This document shows, piece after piece, positions 13,532-27,741 of a stretch of DNA of 64,000 nt. A program made the translations under genes and the position numbers. The notes beneath the pieces were generated by a model, which was not told where the DNA came from, did no database searches, and was given only the letters and a program-made list of their open reading frames with translations. The DNA comes from Euglena gracilis (Eukaryota), in assembly GCA_039621445.1 (NCBI GenBank), contig CP154954.1:4141437-4205436 (forward strand). Reading direction: 5' to 3'. The first letter of the stretch is position 1. Each line of letters starts with the position of its first letter.

Positions 13532-15257
13532 TTCATAACGCATGGGGGGGGGGGGTAAGTGCCTCAAAACACAAACAGGGAGTCAAACAAGGGAAAAAAA
13601 AACAACAAATTTCACACTCTTGCAGTGCAGTTCAGTGGACACTGCACAGACAGCTGCAAACAAAGCACCTTCTGTCACCACAGGCAAAGACACGGCATCG
13701 TCAAAATGGTTGCAGTGCAACGAATGTGGTGCGAAGGAAAATATTGCCTTACTATAACATACAAACTAAGTAGGACGGAACAAAAAAATGATTATTGTAA
13801 AACTTGGTCAGATTGCAAAGGTTCAGGATCAGGGGCGGCGAATCGAGTGCCAATACCAAAGGAAAAAAAACAGCATGATGGGACGATTTGTAATGAAAAA
13901 TGAGGAACTGTAATAATTGGGTGGTCTGAAAAATCGCCACTGGAAAAGCTACCAACTGGACCCCTCTCTCCTGGGAGGTCCGAGGTGCGGGTCCCCCGAT
14001 CTCCCCCAACTGGCCCTCATGTCTTGCTGGGCTGTCTTTGGGCGCAGCACCGGAGGAAAATTTTTCGCTACTTTTGAAACCAGCCAAGGATGGGGGGTGG
14101 GGTCTGGCCACTCCCTCCCAACATCTGGGGGGTGGCACGCCACCCCCAGGAAGGTCTGGACCCTCCCACCACCTACTCAAAGCAGAAGGACTTCCCATCT
14201 ATCCCTGCTGGATCCACTAGCTAGCCATTTTGCAAGCCACCAGAAACCAAATTTGGCTTGGGCCCAGGGGGGTCCGCTTGCAGGTTGGTGGTGGTTTTGT
14301 TACAAGTGACCGGCTCGAAGCACCAGAATTTTTTTATTTGACCCCCCCAAAACTTGCTAAAATTGCCCGTTTTGCAATATTTGGAACTTTTTAATGGCAC
14401 TAGGCAAAGAACAAAATGACCATTTCCACCTGGGGAGCACAGTGGTGCCTGCTCCTGGGCATCCTCTCGACTAAAATCCCTGTTTTCACCTCCGCGTCTT
14501 GGGGCACCCCATCACATCTTGTTCACAGTTTCGGTTTTTAGGGGTTGTATCATGTCATTTTCATAAAAGATGTCTGAAAGATGTCAATGTGCGCAATTGT
14601 GCACATTAACAAAGAAAAAAATCTCAAGTACGAGAGTTTTTGGGGTAGATTTTCGGTCAAAAAAACCGATTTTCCTTCGAAATACATCAAGAAAAACAAA
14701 AGAAAATGTCCACAGTCCAGAAATGACGCCCTCGAATGCCCTATCCAATGTTTTACTGAACCCAAACTCTTCGTGCAGCCCAAATTACAGCCATTTTCCG
14801 GCCAATTTTGCCTGTTTCTGGGGCCATCTTGGGCTGTTTTCGGGGCCGAAATATCGAGGTTTCAAAAATATCTTGGAAATGAAGCAAAATCAAAGGAAAT
14901 ATCCGGAGACCTAAATTGAAGCCATTGGAACGCTTTATCTAATGATATTTTGACTTCCCCATAAATCCCCACCTAGCGCGAGATATGACCAATTTACGGC
15001 CCAAAACAGCGTGGCAGGGTTCCTTCGTTTTCGGCCATTTCGGGGCTTAAAAAAAAAGCAGCGAGCAGAAAAATTCTTTTTTGCCCAGAACCATGTTTAT
15101 TGGCCAAAAAGCTGTTTTCCAGGGGTAAATGAACGCTTTTCGACCCGCCAGCTTCCCAGCATCTTGGGTCATTTCCGGGTCAAAAAAGTCGAATAAAACT
15201 CCGGGTCCAAAATGTCGAAAAGAATCGAAAAAAAATTGCCCAAAACAATCTTTTTGG

Positions 15258-15456
15258 GCCTCCCGGACCCAGGCCACCCGGGCTGCCAGTCCGACCGCCG
15301 GGGTGCCAGCCGGGCCAAGCTGCCGGGGTGCCGTCCGGGCCGGGCCGGGCTGCCGGACGGGCCGGCCGCCGGGCTTCCAGGCCGGGAAAGCGGTGGGCTG
15401 CCAGGCCGGGCTACCGGCCGTGCCACCAGACCGGGCCGGGCCGCTGGGCCTGGCCA
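15258..15456. repeat. GC-rich CCGGG(C/T) low-complexity array
   Basis: Dense GCCGGGCC/CCGGGCT units, read directly. Confidence 0.75.
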
Positions 15457-16328
15457 CAAGCCTCAAACATTTGCTGCAGCAATGGCAACGTCAGGCACGT
15501 AAGGGGCACAGCACTGCACAAAACCTGGTTAATACCCCGGGGTCCACAGACAAGTGGGGAACCCGGAACGGCGAAAACTTCAACTTCGACACATTTGAAC
15601 CACGCCATGATTGAAAGAAAGGCGGGGGGCAACCTTAGGGGGTTGCCGCCCTAACTTTGTACGTTTAGAAATTTGGTGGGCCTGGGGATGAGGTGCCCTT
15701 CGGCTTAAGCGGCTCCCTGCTTGGAATGCGAGAGACACCTCGTCAAACAAAGTACGGAGTGAATAGATATGGGTCATGGGTCACGGGTGAGGAGATGGGG
15801 TGTTTACGTCAGGCGTGGGCACGGCAACAGCAACCAGGGCACGGGGTCTTAGGCGGAGACCGAATGACAGCGGCAAGCCTCGCATCGCTACTGAGAGGGG
15901 GTCAATAAGACGACAATCAGAGCATGGGGCACCATTTGTTGCGATCCATAATTATCCGTAATTGTTTGGAATTGCAACAATGACTGCGCCAACTGGGGAG
16001 ATCCACCCAGAAATTGCTGCAACCAATGAAAACAGAAAGATTGGTCGTAATATCACTTCAGAAATGCCAACAACAAGGAAAATGTCACTGAAAAATGACC
16101 GAGTCAGCCAGAATCAGCCAGAAAGTAATGGCAGAAGTAACAAAGCAGCCAAAGAAAAAAAAAGATGCACAAAAGACTAAACCACGTCAAAAAAAATAGC
16201 CAAATGGCTGAATGACAATCACAAAAATGGCTGTGAGCGGCCTTTTTTCCAGCCGGAGGCTGGACCCCCCCCCCCCCCGGGGTCCTTAAGAAATCACCTG
16301 TGTAGGAAACTGACTTTGGGGATGCCCA

Positions 16329-17630
16329 CCCGGCAGTGCCGGCACTGCGTGTGGCACTGCGTGTGGCACTGCGTGTGGCACTGCGTGACACTGTGTGGCA
16401 CTGCGTGACACTGCGTGGCACTGCGGGCCCTTAAAACTAGTTTTTTGCATCATTGGAATTTTAGGGCCATCAAGGGCAATTGTGGTTGTTTTGCGCAACT
16501 TTTTGCCTTTTTGGGCCAATTTGCCACATCTGGCTAGAAATGTCGAGCAATGACCATAGAAATGCCTACATAGCGCTACATCATTGAAGGTGCTTGCATA
16601 CGGGTTAAATGGCAGGGGGGAGGGGGCAAAAACTGCACACGGGCAGGTCAAAAACTGCACTGCAAAAAACTGCAAAAAAAAACTGCAAAAAACTGCACAT
16701 CAACAAAAAACAATAAACAAACTGAAATGGTGTGCATATGCAAAACAACGTAAATTGTAATCACATGAGAACGCCCCAATTCACCTGACTTTTGCACAGC
16801 TTTGGAGCTGATGACAATAGAAAGCAATCAATCAAGGTACACTGTGCATGGGTTTTCATGCACTGAAACACACGTCATGTGTTTGGTTTGGATGCTGGTT
16901 CACATAAAATGCACATACCCATATGCAGAAAGTTTCCATGCTTTTAATTCTTGCATGGGATGTTCAGTTTTGGAACTTTTGGTCCATCACCTGGTGAACT
17001 TCACCCATGTCACGATGCAAAAAAATCTACAAAACTAAAAAAAAATCTACAACAACCACCACAAACTTTGAATACTGTCTTTAGGGGATTGCCGAATGGT
17101 CTGGGTATTTCTTGCAAATAAGAATGACTTCTTTGAAGCATTTGGCTTGTGTGATATTTGGCCAAAATGCTTGGGACAAGGACCAATCTTCTACAGGAGC
17201 TCGTGCTCCTTTGCGTCTCCACGAATCTCGCAAACAGTTGGGGGCAAGACAACTGGTGGGATTACTGTACACAACACAACTCATGAAGAGATTTCTTGAG
17301 AGAGACTTTTCCTTGAGAAACACCCTTCAAACAATATATCCAGTGTAACAAGGCGCAGAGCACCAAAAAATGAGCACCTCAGGTTTCCTCAAAAATGAAA
17401 TATAAAAAAACTGCAAAAAACTGCACGTGTGCAGATTTTTTTCAAAAAAAAAGCTGCAAAAAACTGCAAAAAAAAACTGCAAAACACTGCAAAAAATCAC
17501 AAAATGTGAAAACTGCAAAAAAAACTGCAAAAAATGCACGGTGCATGTTTTGCCCCTCCCTGTAAACGGCCCACAGTGCCACGCAGTGCCACGCGGTGCC
17601 GTGCAGTGCCGCAGTGCCGGCACTGCGGGG
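16329..17630. mobile_element. Outer TIR element with subterminal GTGGCACTGC arrays
   Basis: Left CCCGGCAGTGCCGGCACTGCG plus a (GT)GGCACTGC array. Right end is the inverted array ending GCAGTGCCGGCACTGCGGGG. Flanked by CA (left) and TA (right). Confidence 0.8.
16613..17562. mobile_element. 950-bp nested element, CA...TG termini, 7-bp TSD
   Basis: Left CAGGGGGGAGGGGGCAAAA, right TTTTGCCCCTCCCTG. Flanks are TAAATGG (16606-16612) and TAAACGG (17563-17569). AAAACTGC arrays lie inside both ends. Confidence 0.78.
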
Positions 17631-19699
17631 TATATATGAAGCATATGTTACAGAATCAGAAGCCAGGCTCCTTGTCTTGTGGCTGAGGTTGAAGGTCAGC
17701 TATCACGAGGGGGGAGGTTCTACTACAACCTGGATGGGTTCGCAAAAGGGCTCCAAGGAAATGGTCCGCAGCGTGGTGTGCTCCTGCTCCATTTCACCGG
17801 TCTTCATTCTTGGAACATATATCAAATAAACACCGTGGTAAACGGAGTTATCTGGACTTCCATTCTTCTCCACTCTCCTCTGGACTGAAAATCCCTGGTA
17901 TTATAATTTCAGGGGGGACCTTTGTCCAATTATCAACTTTCAACATTCACAAATATCGCCTGTCGACTGTTCCTGTGTTCCATGAAAATACTTTTGTGTG
18001 CGAGGTATGCATATAAAAACGGTGAAATGAGGCGCTGGTTCGCTTGGGTTTATTCCAAATTAAAAACAGCGACAATCCGGGAAATTATTGCTTCAGGATG
18101 GCCTTTGTTTGGAAACGTGAGATGAACATTGCTGTGTGGCCCACCTCGTTCTGCAGCGTCTGGGCTGCTTGTGACAAAGGCTGACTGGCAACAACAGGGC
18201 AGGGCAAACGTTCCTCCCTCCCTCTCACCCAGCGGACTTCGCAATTACTCAGCTGCATCAGCATTCCACGGCGATGGACTGAATGGAAAAAAACGACCTG
18301 CTGCAGCAGCAAAGGCACAAATAAAGGTTCTGTTGACAGGCAACAGACAAGGATGGAAAATGGACGAAATCATTTTTTGTTCCTAACTCGGAACCAAATA
18401 ACAAGCAAACTATATATTGGGAGAATTGGGAGCTGTGAGTTGCAAAATGACATGCCCTAGGAATATTTGGTTGATTCGTGTCAGAGGATGACAAAAATGG
18501 AATACAAAATGTAATGCAATGTACATAACAACCAATATCTGCCTCTCCAGAATCGCTAATATCTGCTCTCTCTCTTGAATAAAAATCAGGGTTTTTCTTG
18601 AAAGACCGGGGGGGGGGTCCCGGTTCCCCCAGCCAGGGATACCAGCACAAGGATCCGCCCCCACCACTCTGGGGAGAGACAGGTCTGGGGACCCACTTTT
18701 GGGAGGTAATTTGGAGGGTAAAAAAAAGTCGGTGCCTCGTGCCAAAAATAGCCAAAACCCCGCCTCCAGCAGGGGACCCCAAGAGTCTTGTGGGTGCCCC
18801 CTAAGAGGTGGGGGGGAAGGGCGCACAGGAAGACTGGTGGGGATGGTCGGCCAAAAAGGGGGTCGACCCTCCACCCATCCAAGCCCGCAAAGCAAATTCC
18901 GATCTAAAAACCGGCAAGCCCACTGCCAGCCCCAGTAATATGGCCTGGCTGGGGGGTGGGGGGTCAACCACTCCGCACACCACCCATCACACATCACCCA
19001 TTGGGTTTTGAAGGTTCCCGAAATCCCTGGGTAGACACTCCAACCCTGCCCCTTCCTCTCATTCTTTGTGTTTCGCATTATTTGGGTGCCTACCTGTCTG
19101 TCTATCTCAGCAACATACTTGCAACACACTTGCTATGCTGGAGCAACCAGTTCCAATGGAACAACCCCAGATTCATCCGTATTATTTCAGAGAGATTTTT
19201 GATGTGTGTATGTGAGTTGCCCCTTCTAAATATCCTTCCAAAAAGAGTTGTGGTTTCTTCACATCTCGCTGAGGTTGTCCATTTTTCTGGTGTTCAAGTT
19301 CAATAAAAAAATATATAAAGAATCAGAATCAGAAATCAAAAAGAGAATGGGGTGAGTTGAGAAAGGGTGACGGAAAATGAAAACATCTGGAAAAGAGAAG
19401 CAGCACATATGAACTTGTAGCAGGAGGTGTAAACTAAAAAGAATGCGGCAAACATGGCCCGCACAGTGGCTATATGGCTGTGATGTGGGAGTGAGAACAT
19501 GGGAATGGCCGACAGTGGAATGGCCATTAAAGGCCAAAGACTAAAGGCCAAAGCCACATTGGACACAACAGCCCTTTCCAGCAGTGGGTGGGTGGCTGGG
19601 TGCCAAACTGACTTGAAATGCCACGACGACATATTTTTTACTGACTTGGGTGGTTGGGTGGTGTAATTCGCACATAGACTTCTTTTGGTTGGTGTGGGT

Positions 19700-19738
<39 letters not shown>

Positions 19739-19894
19739 TCTGGAATTTGATTTCTTCGACAGCATCCAAGACAGATCCAAGCGAATTCTCTTCTTTGGGG
19801 GCTGTCAATCCTGCTATGACCGATTTCTTGTTATTTTTCAAGCTTTTTTTATTTGTGGATGGCACAAAATCGCTGGCACGCACGGCAGGTTTGG

Positions 19895-20008
<114 letters not shown>

Positions 20009-20572
20009 CCCAACACCCGTCTTATCTCCTACCTCCAATCGTTTTCATGTCGGTTTGCATAAACCGTCAAAATGCTTTAAAAAAATAGACGGACGTTTGC
20101 AACTGTTCTTCGTCGCACATTGCACATTGTTCCCATTCACAAACCTAAAACAATTTGACCAGCTGAAAACAAAAAAAGGCAGCTTTTAACTTTTTATGAG
20201 GCAAAAAAAGATCTTCTCCAACAACTTCAGGTGAAGAGATGGATTGCGGTACACTGAACACGTGCATATTTGCATACGCCAACCATTTGTGGATTTGTGC
20301 AAAATGGTCAGTTTGTGCATTGGCACACACCGACTACCTGAATATTTTTGCCAAATGGTCGATGTTTGCATTTGCATACATCGACCACTTGTGTACTTTT
20401 TACTTGCAAAAACACACAAATGGTCGATGTGCCCAAATTTTAGCATACAATATTGCGGAGGTGTGTTTTTCATATCACAATCATAATATACTCCAGCTGC
20501 ACATCACATCGTCCAAATCATATGAAACCATCGTCATGAAACCTGTGTGCAGCACCTGACAACCTGCAATTA

Positions 20573-20897
20573 CCCCCCCTCCCCTAGTTGTATGACCGGG
20601 TTCCTGCAACCTGTGACCAGGGGGGGTGGTCATAACGCCCCCATAACCTGCAACCTGTGACCAGGGGGTGGTCGTAAATGAGATGGCGGCCATAGGTAAG
20701 GTGGTGTTAAATTTTTCGCAACCTGCAACCTGTGACCGGGGGGTGGTCGTAAATGAGGGGTGGCCAATTTTTGGGCAAAATTTTTCGTCCCGGCGCTTCA
20801 CGCCAGGACCAAAAATTTGGTCAAACCTCCGAAAAGGTGTCCTCTGACCGGGGGGGTGGTCATTGGACATAGGGGGGTCGTTGGACATAAGGGGGGG
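20573..20897. mobile_element. TA-flanked poly-C...poly-G MITE, apparently chimeric
   Basis: The left ~190 bp matches 29522-29744 (CCTGCAACCTGTGACC/GGTCGTAAAT repeats). The right end instead has TTGGACATA repeats, then poly-G and TA. Confidence 0.7.
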
Positions 20898-23437
20898 TAA
20901 AAAAAGAAACCAGTCAATAATACCCCCGGGCCCGGGGGGTCGGTCACTCTGGACCTAAATACTCTAATTACAAATTGATCACAATCAAAAAACCACCAAA
21001 ATTTTCCCGGGTCATTTCAATGTTTTTTTTTGCTGACCCCCCAAAGGGTTTGGGCCAAAAACAAATTACTCATCCATGGGGGGGGCTTGTGGACACAGGG
21101 CACATTCCCACTGAATTTTCCTGGTGCTTTTTTGGGGGGTTACACAAATTGCACAATGAGGTAGAAATGTTGCTCCAAAGCTGTTAATGTAAGGTGTACA
21201 ACCTCAAATTTGGGGGGAAATAATACATGGTTCAATCCTTTTTTGATTATGTCTCAATCAATTAGCTCAGGCAATATCTTTGGTGACAAAACTTTCTGAT
21301 AACAAAGAGTTTTTACTTCGTGTTCCATTCTCAGGCTGGGAGGAAGATGCTGGGAGGTGTCAGCATATGGCACGGGGTCCATTGACGCAGTCCCTGGATT
21401 CAATGTGATATTTTTTTTGCAAAATAATTTTCCAAGCGAACCTGAAAAAACACATTGAACACAATGACTTCAAATTCATTTTTGAGAAAAAAAATAAAAC
21501 AAAACTGCAAAAAGTCGCTAACCGCTTTGCAGAGGAATGGTGCACACAAAAAACTTTAGAAATGAAAAAAAAAAGAGTTTTTTTTCCTGTGCGTTGGGCT
21601 GGTGGGTGGGTGGGTGACAATAAAACCGCTTTACAAACATGGTTCACATTCTTTTGTCTGGTTTGCCAACGCTCCTCTGAAAAGAAAACGAAGGATTCTC
21701 TTCGCATTAAACCAGGGACCTTTGAAAGAATAGGGGTCATGAACGAAGGAATGGCTTGCAATTGGTTGAGGCGTGGCATGTGCACCAAGGGCATGGGTAG
21801 AAGGCGGAGACTGGCTATCACTGGCAAGCCGCTTCACTGTCCGTCCTGCTGAGTGGAATGGCACCGAACTTGCAAACGGACCAACTACAACTGCTCAAAC
21901 AAAGCGAATGAACGAGCAATGCCACTGGAGTAGTGTATGCAAGGATTTTCTTAAGCCGGATGGGCCCTGCCCTCGGGGGGGGTCCAGCCAGTCATCCAGC
22001 AGCCAGCCCTCCCCACAGGGGGCCCACCGACCACCCGGTGAAGCCAGGCGTACCAACATTTTTGAAAAAAGGGTGAAAAATAGCCCACAAAATCCCAAAA
22101 TGGCATTTTTTTTGCGGGTTTGGGGTTTTCGGCTGCAAATTTTAGTGAAAAAAAGCCAACCCAGTTGTATTTGGGCTGCTTTTGGGGTACCAGTTGCTGG
22201 GGCTGGACCCCATTGAATTTCCCCCTCCAGGGGGACAAACCAGCACCTCATTTCCCAGTTGTCCAGAGGACCCCAGGGGAAGGTCCGTAAATCCTGAAGC
22301 TATGACTGACAACCGCAGGCGAAATACATGCCCCAAAGACTAAATTTGTCTTACCAACCTTGCAGCAAAATGGACAGTGACAGCAGCTCAAGTCCTTCCC
22401 ACCGCCGGTAACAACAGCCACCCCCCCCTTCATATGACCAATGTGTTTTGCAGTCAACGACCAGGGGTTGGTTGAAGGACATGGGGGAGACCTGGGGGGG
22501 GGGATGAGGCGCAAGTATTGAATATACCTCTGTCAACGGAACACACAATAGAATTGAAACTATGAAAAACCAAACACACCCATCTCAGTGTGTTTTTTCC
22601 ACCCATCGTAGAAAATATAAAGATATTGAACAACATGACACAACGAGCAAACAATGGGTATGGGGCAGCAAGGAAAAAAAAACCTTTAATTTAGGGCTGC
22701 CTAAGAATACCTTTGAATTTCTAATGAAAATATGTGAAAATTTATGCGAGCACGCACACACACAGAGAGAGAGAGAGGGGGGGGAATTTTTCGAATAAGA
22801 GACACAATCATTGTGGGATAATCATTTAGTGAGGGTATATGTATTCTGCGTGGTACAGACTGTCCAAAACGAGCTCACAGGAATAGGGAGGGAGAGAGGG
22901 AGAGGGTCATGGGGTGAAGCCTCTTACCTTCCTGGTGAGTTCAAAGCTCCATAAATTGCCTTGCAAGTAACCCTTTGCAACATTTTGGGTGAAGGTGGTC
23001 GGGCTGATGGGTGAACCAAGACCCCAGCAGCGGCGACGGCGGCCATGGACAAAAACATGCCAAAGGCATGACCACCTTCATGACAAAAGAGAGTGTGTGC
23101 AGCCACCAACGCCCACTTCCGGGGCTGGACACTGGGGCAGTGGCCACCTTGCTCAGGGGAACGCAGGGACTGGCATGGGCGCGCACAGTTTCCCATGCCA
23201 GTCCAATGCCTGATCAAAGCAGTAATCAGCACCACCAGGCCCAGAGGGCACGGCTGCAGTTGGGGGCAGCGAGTCTGCATCAAAATGGCACGATGGACAG
23301 CACCTGGCCAGAGAGGCACCATCTGGCACACTGTACTGTGCTGGCCATCGGCACCCCAGCCCCACCCGCAACAAGCACCACCGCGGCAAGAGCAGCATCA
23401 TCGAAAGGCAGCAGCCCACATCACTGAAGACTGAAGG

Positions 23438-23745
23438 ATGTATATCCAATGCCATACAAAAGGGGAGCGGGTGGTGCACACCACCATCCACAACCGCGAG
23501 GAAGAGTACCCCGACCACATCGTCCGCTGCCCCCTGGCCACCGACGCCGAGCAGCTCCCACCGAGCAGCTGGGCGGGGTCATCATGGGCCGCCTGGACTT
23601 CGCCCGGATGGCCTGCAGCCACATGGGGTATTTTAAGCAGTCCGTGGCCAACGTCCTCCGTAATGCGATCTGGCGGCGGGGGTATTCACGCCGCCTTGTG
23701 CAGTCCTGTGTGGAGTCGCTTCCTCTTCCAGCGATGGAACGTCAC
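23438..23745 (+). pseudogene. Frameshifted Penelope-like reverse transcriptase C-terminal (thumb) fragment
   Basis: Joining ORFs 23438 and 23449 gives VHTTIHNREEEYPDHIVRCP...LGGVIMGRLDFARMACSHMGYFKQSVANVLRNAIWRRGYSRRLV. This resembles my recollection of the PLE pattern T.LYDKR..F...IV.FP...GV...L.R..R.CS....F.......L...GY. No YxDD seen. Confidence 0.6.
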
Positions 23746-25060
23746 CCACATTCGCGTTCTCCAAGGTACTCCAAGGCACGCCCCCAGCTCCATGGGCCAC
23801 AGCCCTCCCCGTGCCCTCTCCCGTGGAGCTTTCCTCGCTGTCTTCAGCCACCCGACATCCTTTCCTGGGGGCATCGACGACCTGCTGGTCGAAACGACAC
23901 CGCCGCCTTGCCCCACCGCCGCCTCCCATACCCGAGTCCTGGACACGGTGATCATTGTCCGAGAGTCACACGTGCGCCATCGCAAGCGGCGCAAATGGGA
24001 GTGCCCTAATCCGTCCACTGGCCGGGGGATGGAGAGGGGGGCGAGTGGTGAGGTGTGCCCAACCTGTAAGCAGCAATGGCTTGACCCGGGGGTGATGCTG
24101 CTAAGAATAAAGACCTCGGAGAGCCCGGGCGAGTCTCCATGCAACATCCAAAAAGAGGGGGACGCCCCAAGCATCAGAAGCAAAACGCTGGCCCACACCA
24201 TTTGGGCCAGCGTGTGACGGAATTTACACTGTGCATTGAACTGGGGGTGACACCGCCAAGGATCTCACCCTCGGTGAACCCAGGCGGGCCTGAGAACAGC
24301 ACGGGGGACGTCTCAAGCCATAGATCGAACCACACCGTGGCGGGGTTTATGCGATCTGATCTGTGAATCTGTGCATCAAATACGAGGGGTGGAAAGCAGG
24401 TTTGACGGACCATGAAAAAACCGGACGAGGAAGGGCCATCTGCGAGTCATGGGACCCAGACCTGCACAACAAAATCTGGGCCTCATGCGGCCCCCAGCAA
24501 CGAAGCATCATCCAAGAATGGCAAGAAGCCGCCGCAGCCCATAATGCTGAGCGCCGCACGGATCTCGAGCGCCACACACATGACTGGCACGAAAATGCCA
24601 GAATTGGGGAGGCTGACAACCCTGGTTCCAGGCACCACCACCATGCCCCCTCCCCCAAGGGCCTCAACCACTCACGCCACGCTCCCGGAACAAGACCAAA
24701 CCATATTCAGGCGGGCGGCAGGCAGCGTGGTGCCTGTGCCCCACCAACCCTGTCCGCAGAGCAGCAAGCGAAGTGGGACATACCATGGCCCCAAGCCCCT
24801 TGGCAACTGGAGCACACGGGCCGTTCCGCGGGTGTGGGGCACACTCGAGGGCCATGTGACTGCGGAGTTGCTCTCCAGGGTGCCCAAGGGGACGTGACTC
24901 ACCTGTGGGTGGCCCGGGGTCGCCATCCCTTGCGGTCCATGACTAGCCCACCCACAGAGCATGCCCAGAACCAAGGCAGTCACCAACCACTAGCCGGGCT
25001 TCGGTGGATTGAGAAGGATGGACCTGTCCGCTGTGTGCGGGACGGGGTGGGCATCCCCTT
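23746..25060 (+). pseudogene. Decayed GC-rich coding-like continuation with RIGEADNPG(S) motif
   Basis: Long same-strand ORFs 23438-24217 and 24363-25271. Motif at 24600-24629. Product unknown. Confidence 0.4.
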
Positions 25061-25335
25061 TACCTTTTTGAAAAATTCAGGAGGTGGAAATCCGCCTTTT
25101 GGAAACACGCGGAAAAAACATTTCTGCCTTCCCATTACGGGAATGCCGATCATTGGTTTTCAGAGAGCCAGCCAGCCCCGGCTGCGGGGGGGGGGTCTGT
25201 TAATACAAAGCAAGGGCAACCTCAGCCCAGTCCGGCGAAGGCAAAAATTGTTGGAGCGAACTGCCACATGAGCCAGGCGCTTGGCCCGCCTGCTCATTGC
25301 ATAGAAACTTGGCCTCCCAGCTTGTGATCTCGCCC

Positions 25336-25684
25336 CAAACTTTCATTTAGTGCGCCGTGGCGAAGTATGTCGTGGCACAAAAATTTTTTTTCCGAGGCGC
25401 ACGCGGCAAACAATTGAATTTTTGCCGCGGCACACCTGCGACACACCTGAAAAGCTGCCGCGGCACACCAACAACACACCCACGGCACACCAATGACGTT
25501 CCCGCGGCACATGCCTTCTTTTGTTATGGCACGGACAGGGGATAATTGGGATGGCTATGCCGTCGGTACATGCGGCGCACAGAATGCAACCTTCCGCGGC
25601 GCACGCGGTCACAAAATTTCTAATGCTGCGGCGCACGCGGAGCAGAAAAAAAGAATTTTACGCGGCGCACTAAATGAAAATTTG
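25336..25684. mobile_element. 349-bp MITE, ~24-bp TIR, CA...TG termini, 7-bp TSD
   Basis: CAAACTTTCATTTAGTGCGCCGTG vs CGCGGCGCACTAAATGAAAATTTG. Flanks are CTCGCCC and CTTGCCC. Internal GCGGC(G/A)CAC repeats. Confidence 0.88.
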
Positions 25685-25844
25685 CTTGCCCCCCCTCTTC
25701 AGGCTTTTAGGATTTTAGCCTGTTTTGTGCATGGCCTGCCGCAACTATTAACACGCAAACTTGGCAGTTGGTCTCCAGACTCAATTGGCAGCCCGGGCAA
25801 GACCTGCCTGGCGCCAAAATGAGCCCAAATCCAGAGATAGAGGA

Positions 25845-26580
<736 letters not shown>

Positions 26581-27139
26581 AGAGAGGTATGTGGGTAACC
26601 GCGGCCACCCCACAACGGGTGGAACAGGTCCCGGGGCTTCGTCCCACGGGCACCCAGACAGCCAGAGCCTGTGAGCCTTCCTGGGACGAGCTCAAGGGAC
26701 CTTCCCTGTGCTTAACCTCACTTTTTGTGGAAAAAAGAGGGGGGGGAGAGAGAGACACTCCCAGGGGACACTGCACCATTCACCACGTGATTGTCGCAGA
26801 AGCAAACTTGGTTGTCGCACGATTCAGTGGGGCAGCCCTCGTCAGAGGGTTCTGCTGTGAAATGGGGGGGCTCCTCAAGAAGCGGGGCTATCTGTGGCGT
26901 GTCATGCAGTTCGGCAATCGCATCTGTTTGGCACACACAATTGTTTGGCACACACATTTGGCACACACACGCATCTGTTTGGCACACACACACTGTCGTA
27001 ACAAGGCCTAAGACCTGATTGAGAGATTCTCAAAAAAAGAACTGGTCCTTGTCTAACATTTTCTCTCCAACTATTGGCATATGCTATCACAAACAATATT
27101 GTAAATACCCAATTGTTTTATCACGCATGTCATTTTAGA

Positions 27140-27501
27140 AAATTTATATTCAAAAAAAAAACATTCAAAAAAAAAAATACAAAAACAAAAAAAAAATTTC
27201 TTCAAAAAATCCAAAAAAAAACCCCTCCTCAAAAAAATCCCTTTCAAAATAAAACCCCTCGCCAAAAAAAAAAAAGAAAGCCAAAAAAAAAAATCCCCCC
27301 CCCCCCCCCCCCCCCCTGGCCCCCCCGCCCCCCCCCCCCAAAAAATAAACGCCCCCCCCCAACCCCCCCCCGGTCCGCGCTCCCGCCCCCCCCCCCCCTC
27401 CCCCCTCCCCCCACTAAAAAAAAAACCACACACCCCGCCCACCACGACTTGAAACGCTGGCCAAAAATTACACCAGAAACCCCCGACCGCTTCCACCTCC
27501 C

Positions 27502-27542
<41 letters not shown>

Positions 27543-27691
27543 CACACACAGACACACACACACACACACACACACACCATCACACACAACACACACACAC
27601 ACACACAAAACAGACACAGACACCTACACACACACACACAACACAACCGAACAAAACACACACAAACACACAAACACACAAAAACACACAC

Positions 27692-27740
<49 letters not shown>
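27140..27740. repeat. A/C-only low-complexity tract ending in degenerate (CA)n
   Basis: Runs of A and C with almost no G or T. May be poor consensus. A second CA-rich tract lies at ~28645-28842. Confidence 0.8.
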
Positions 27741-27741
<1 letters not shown>

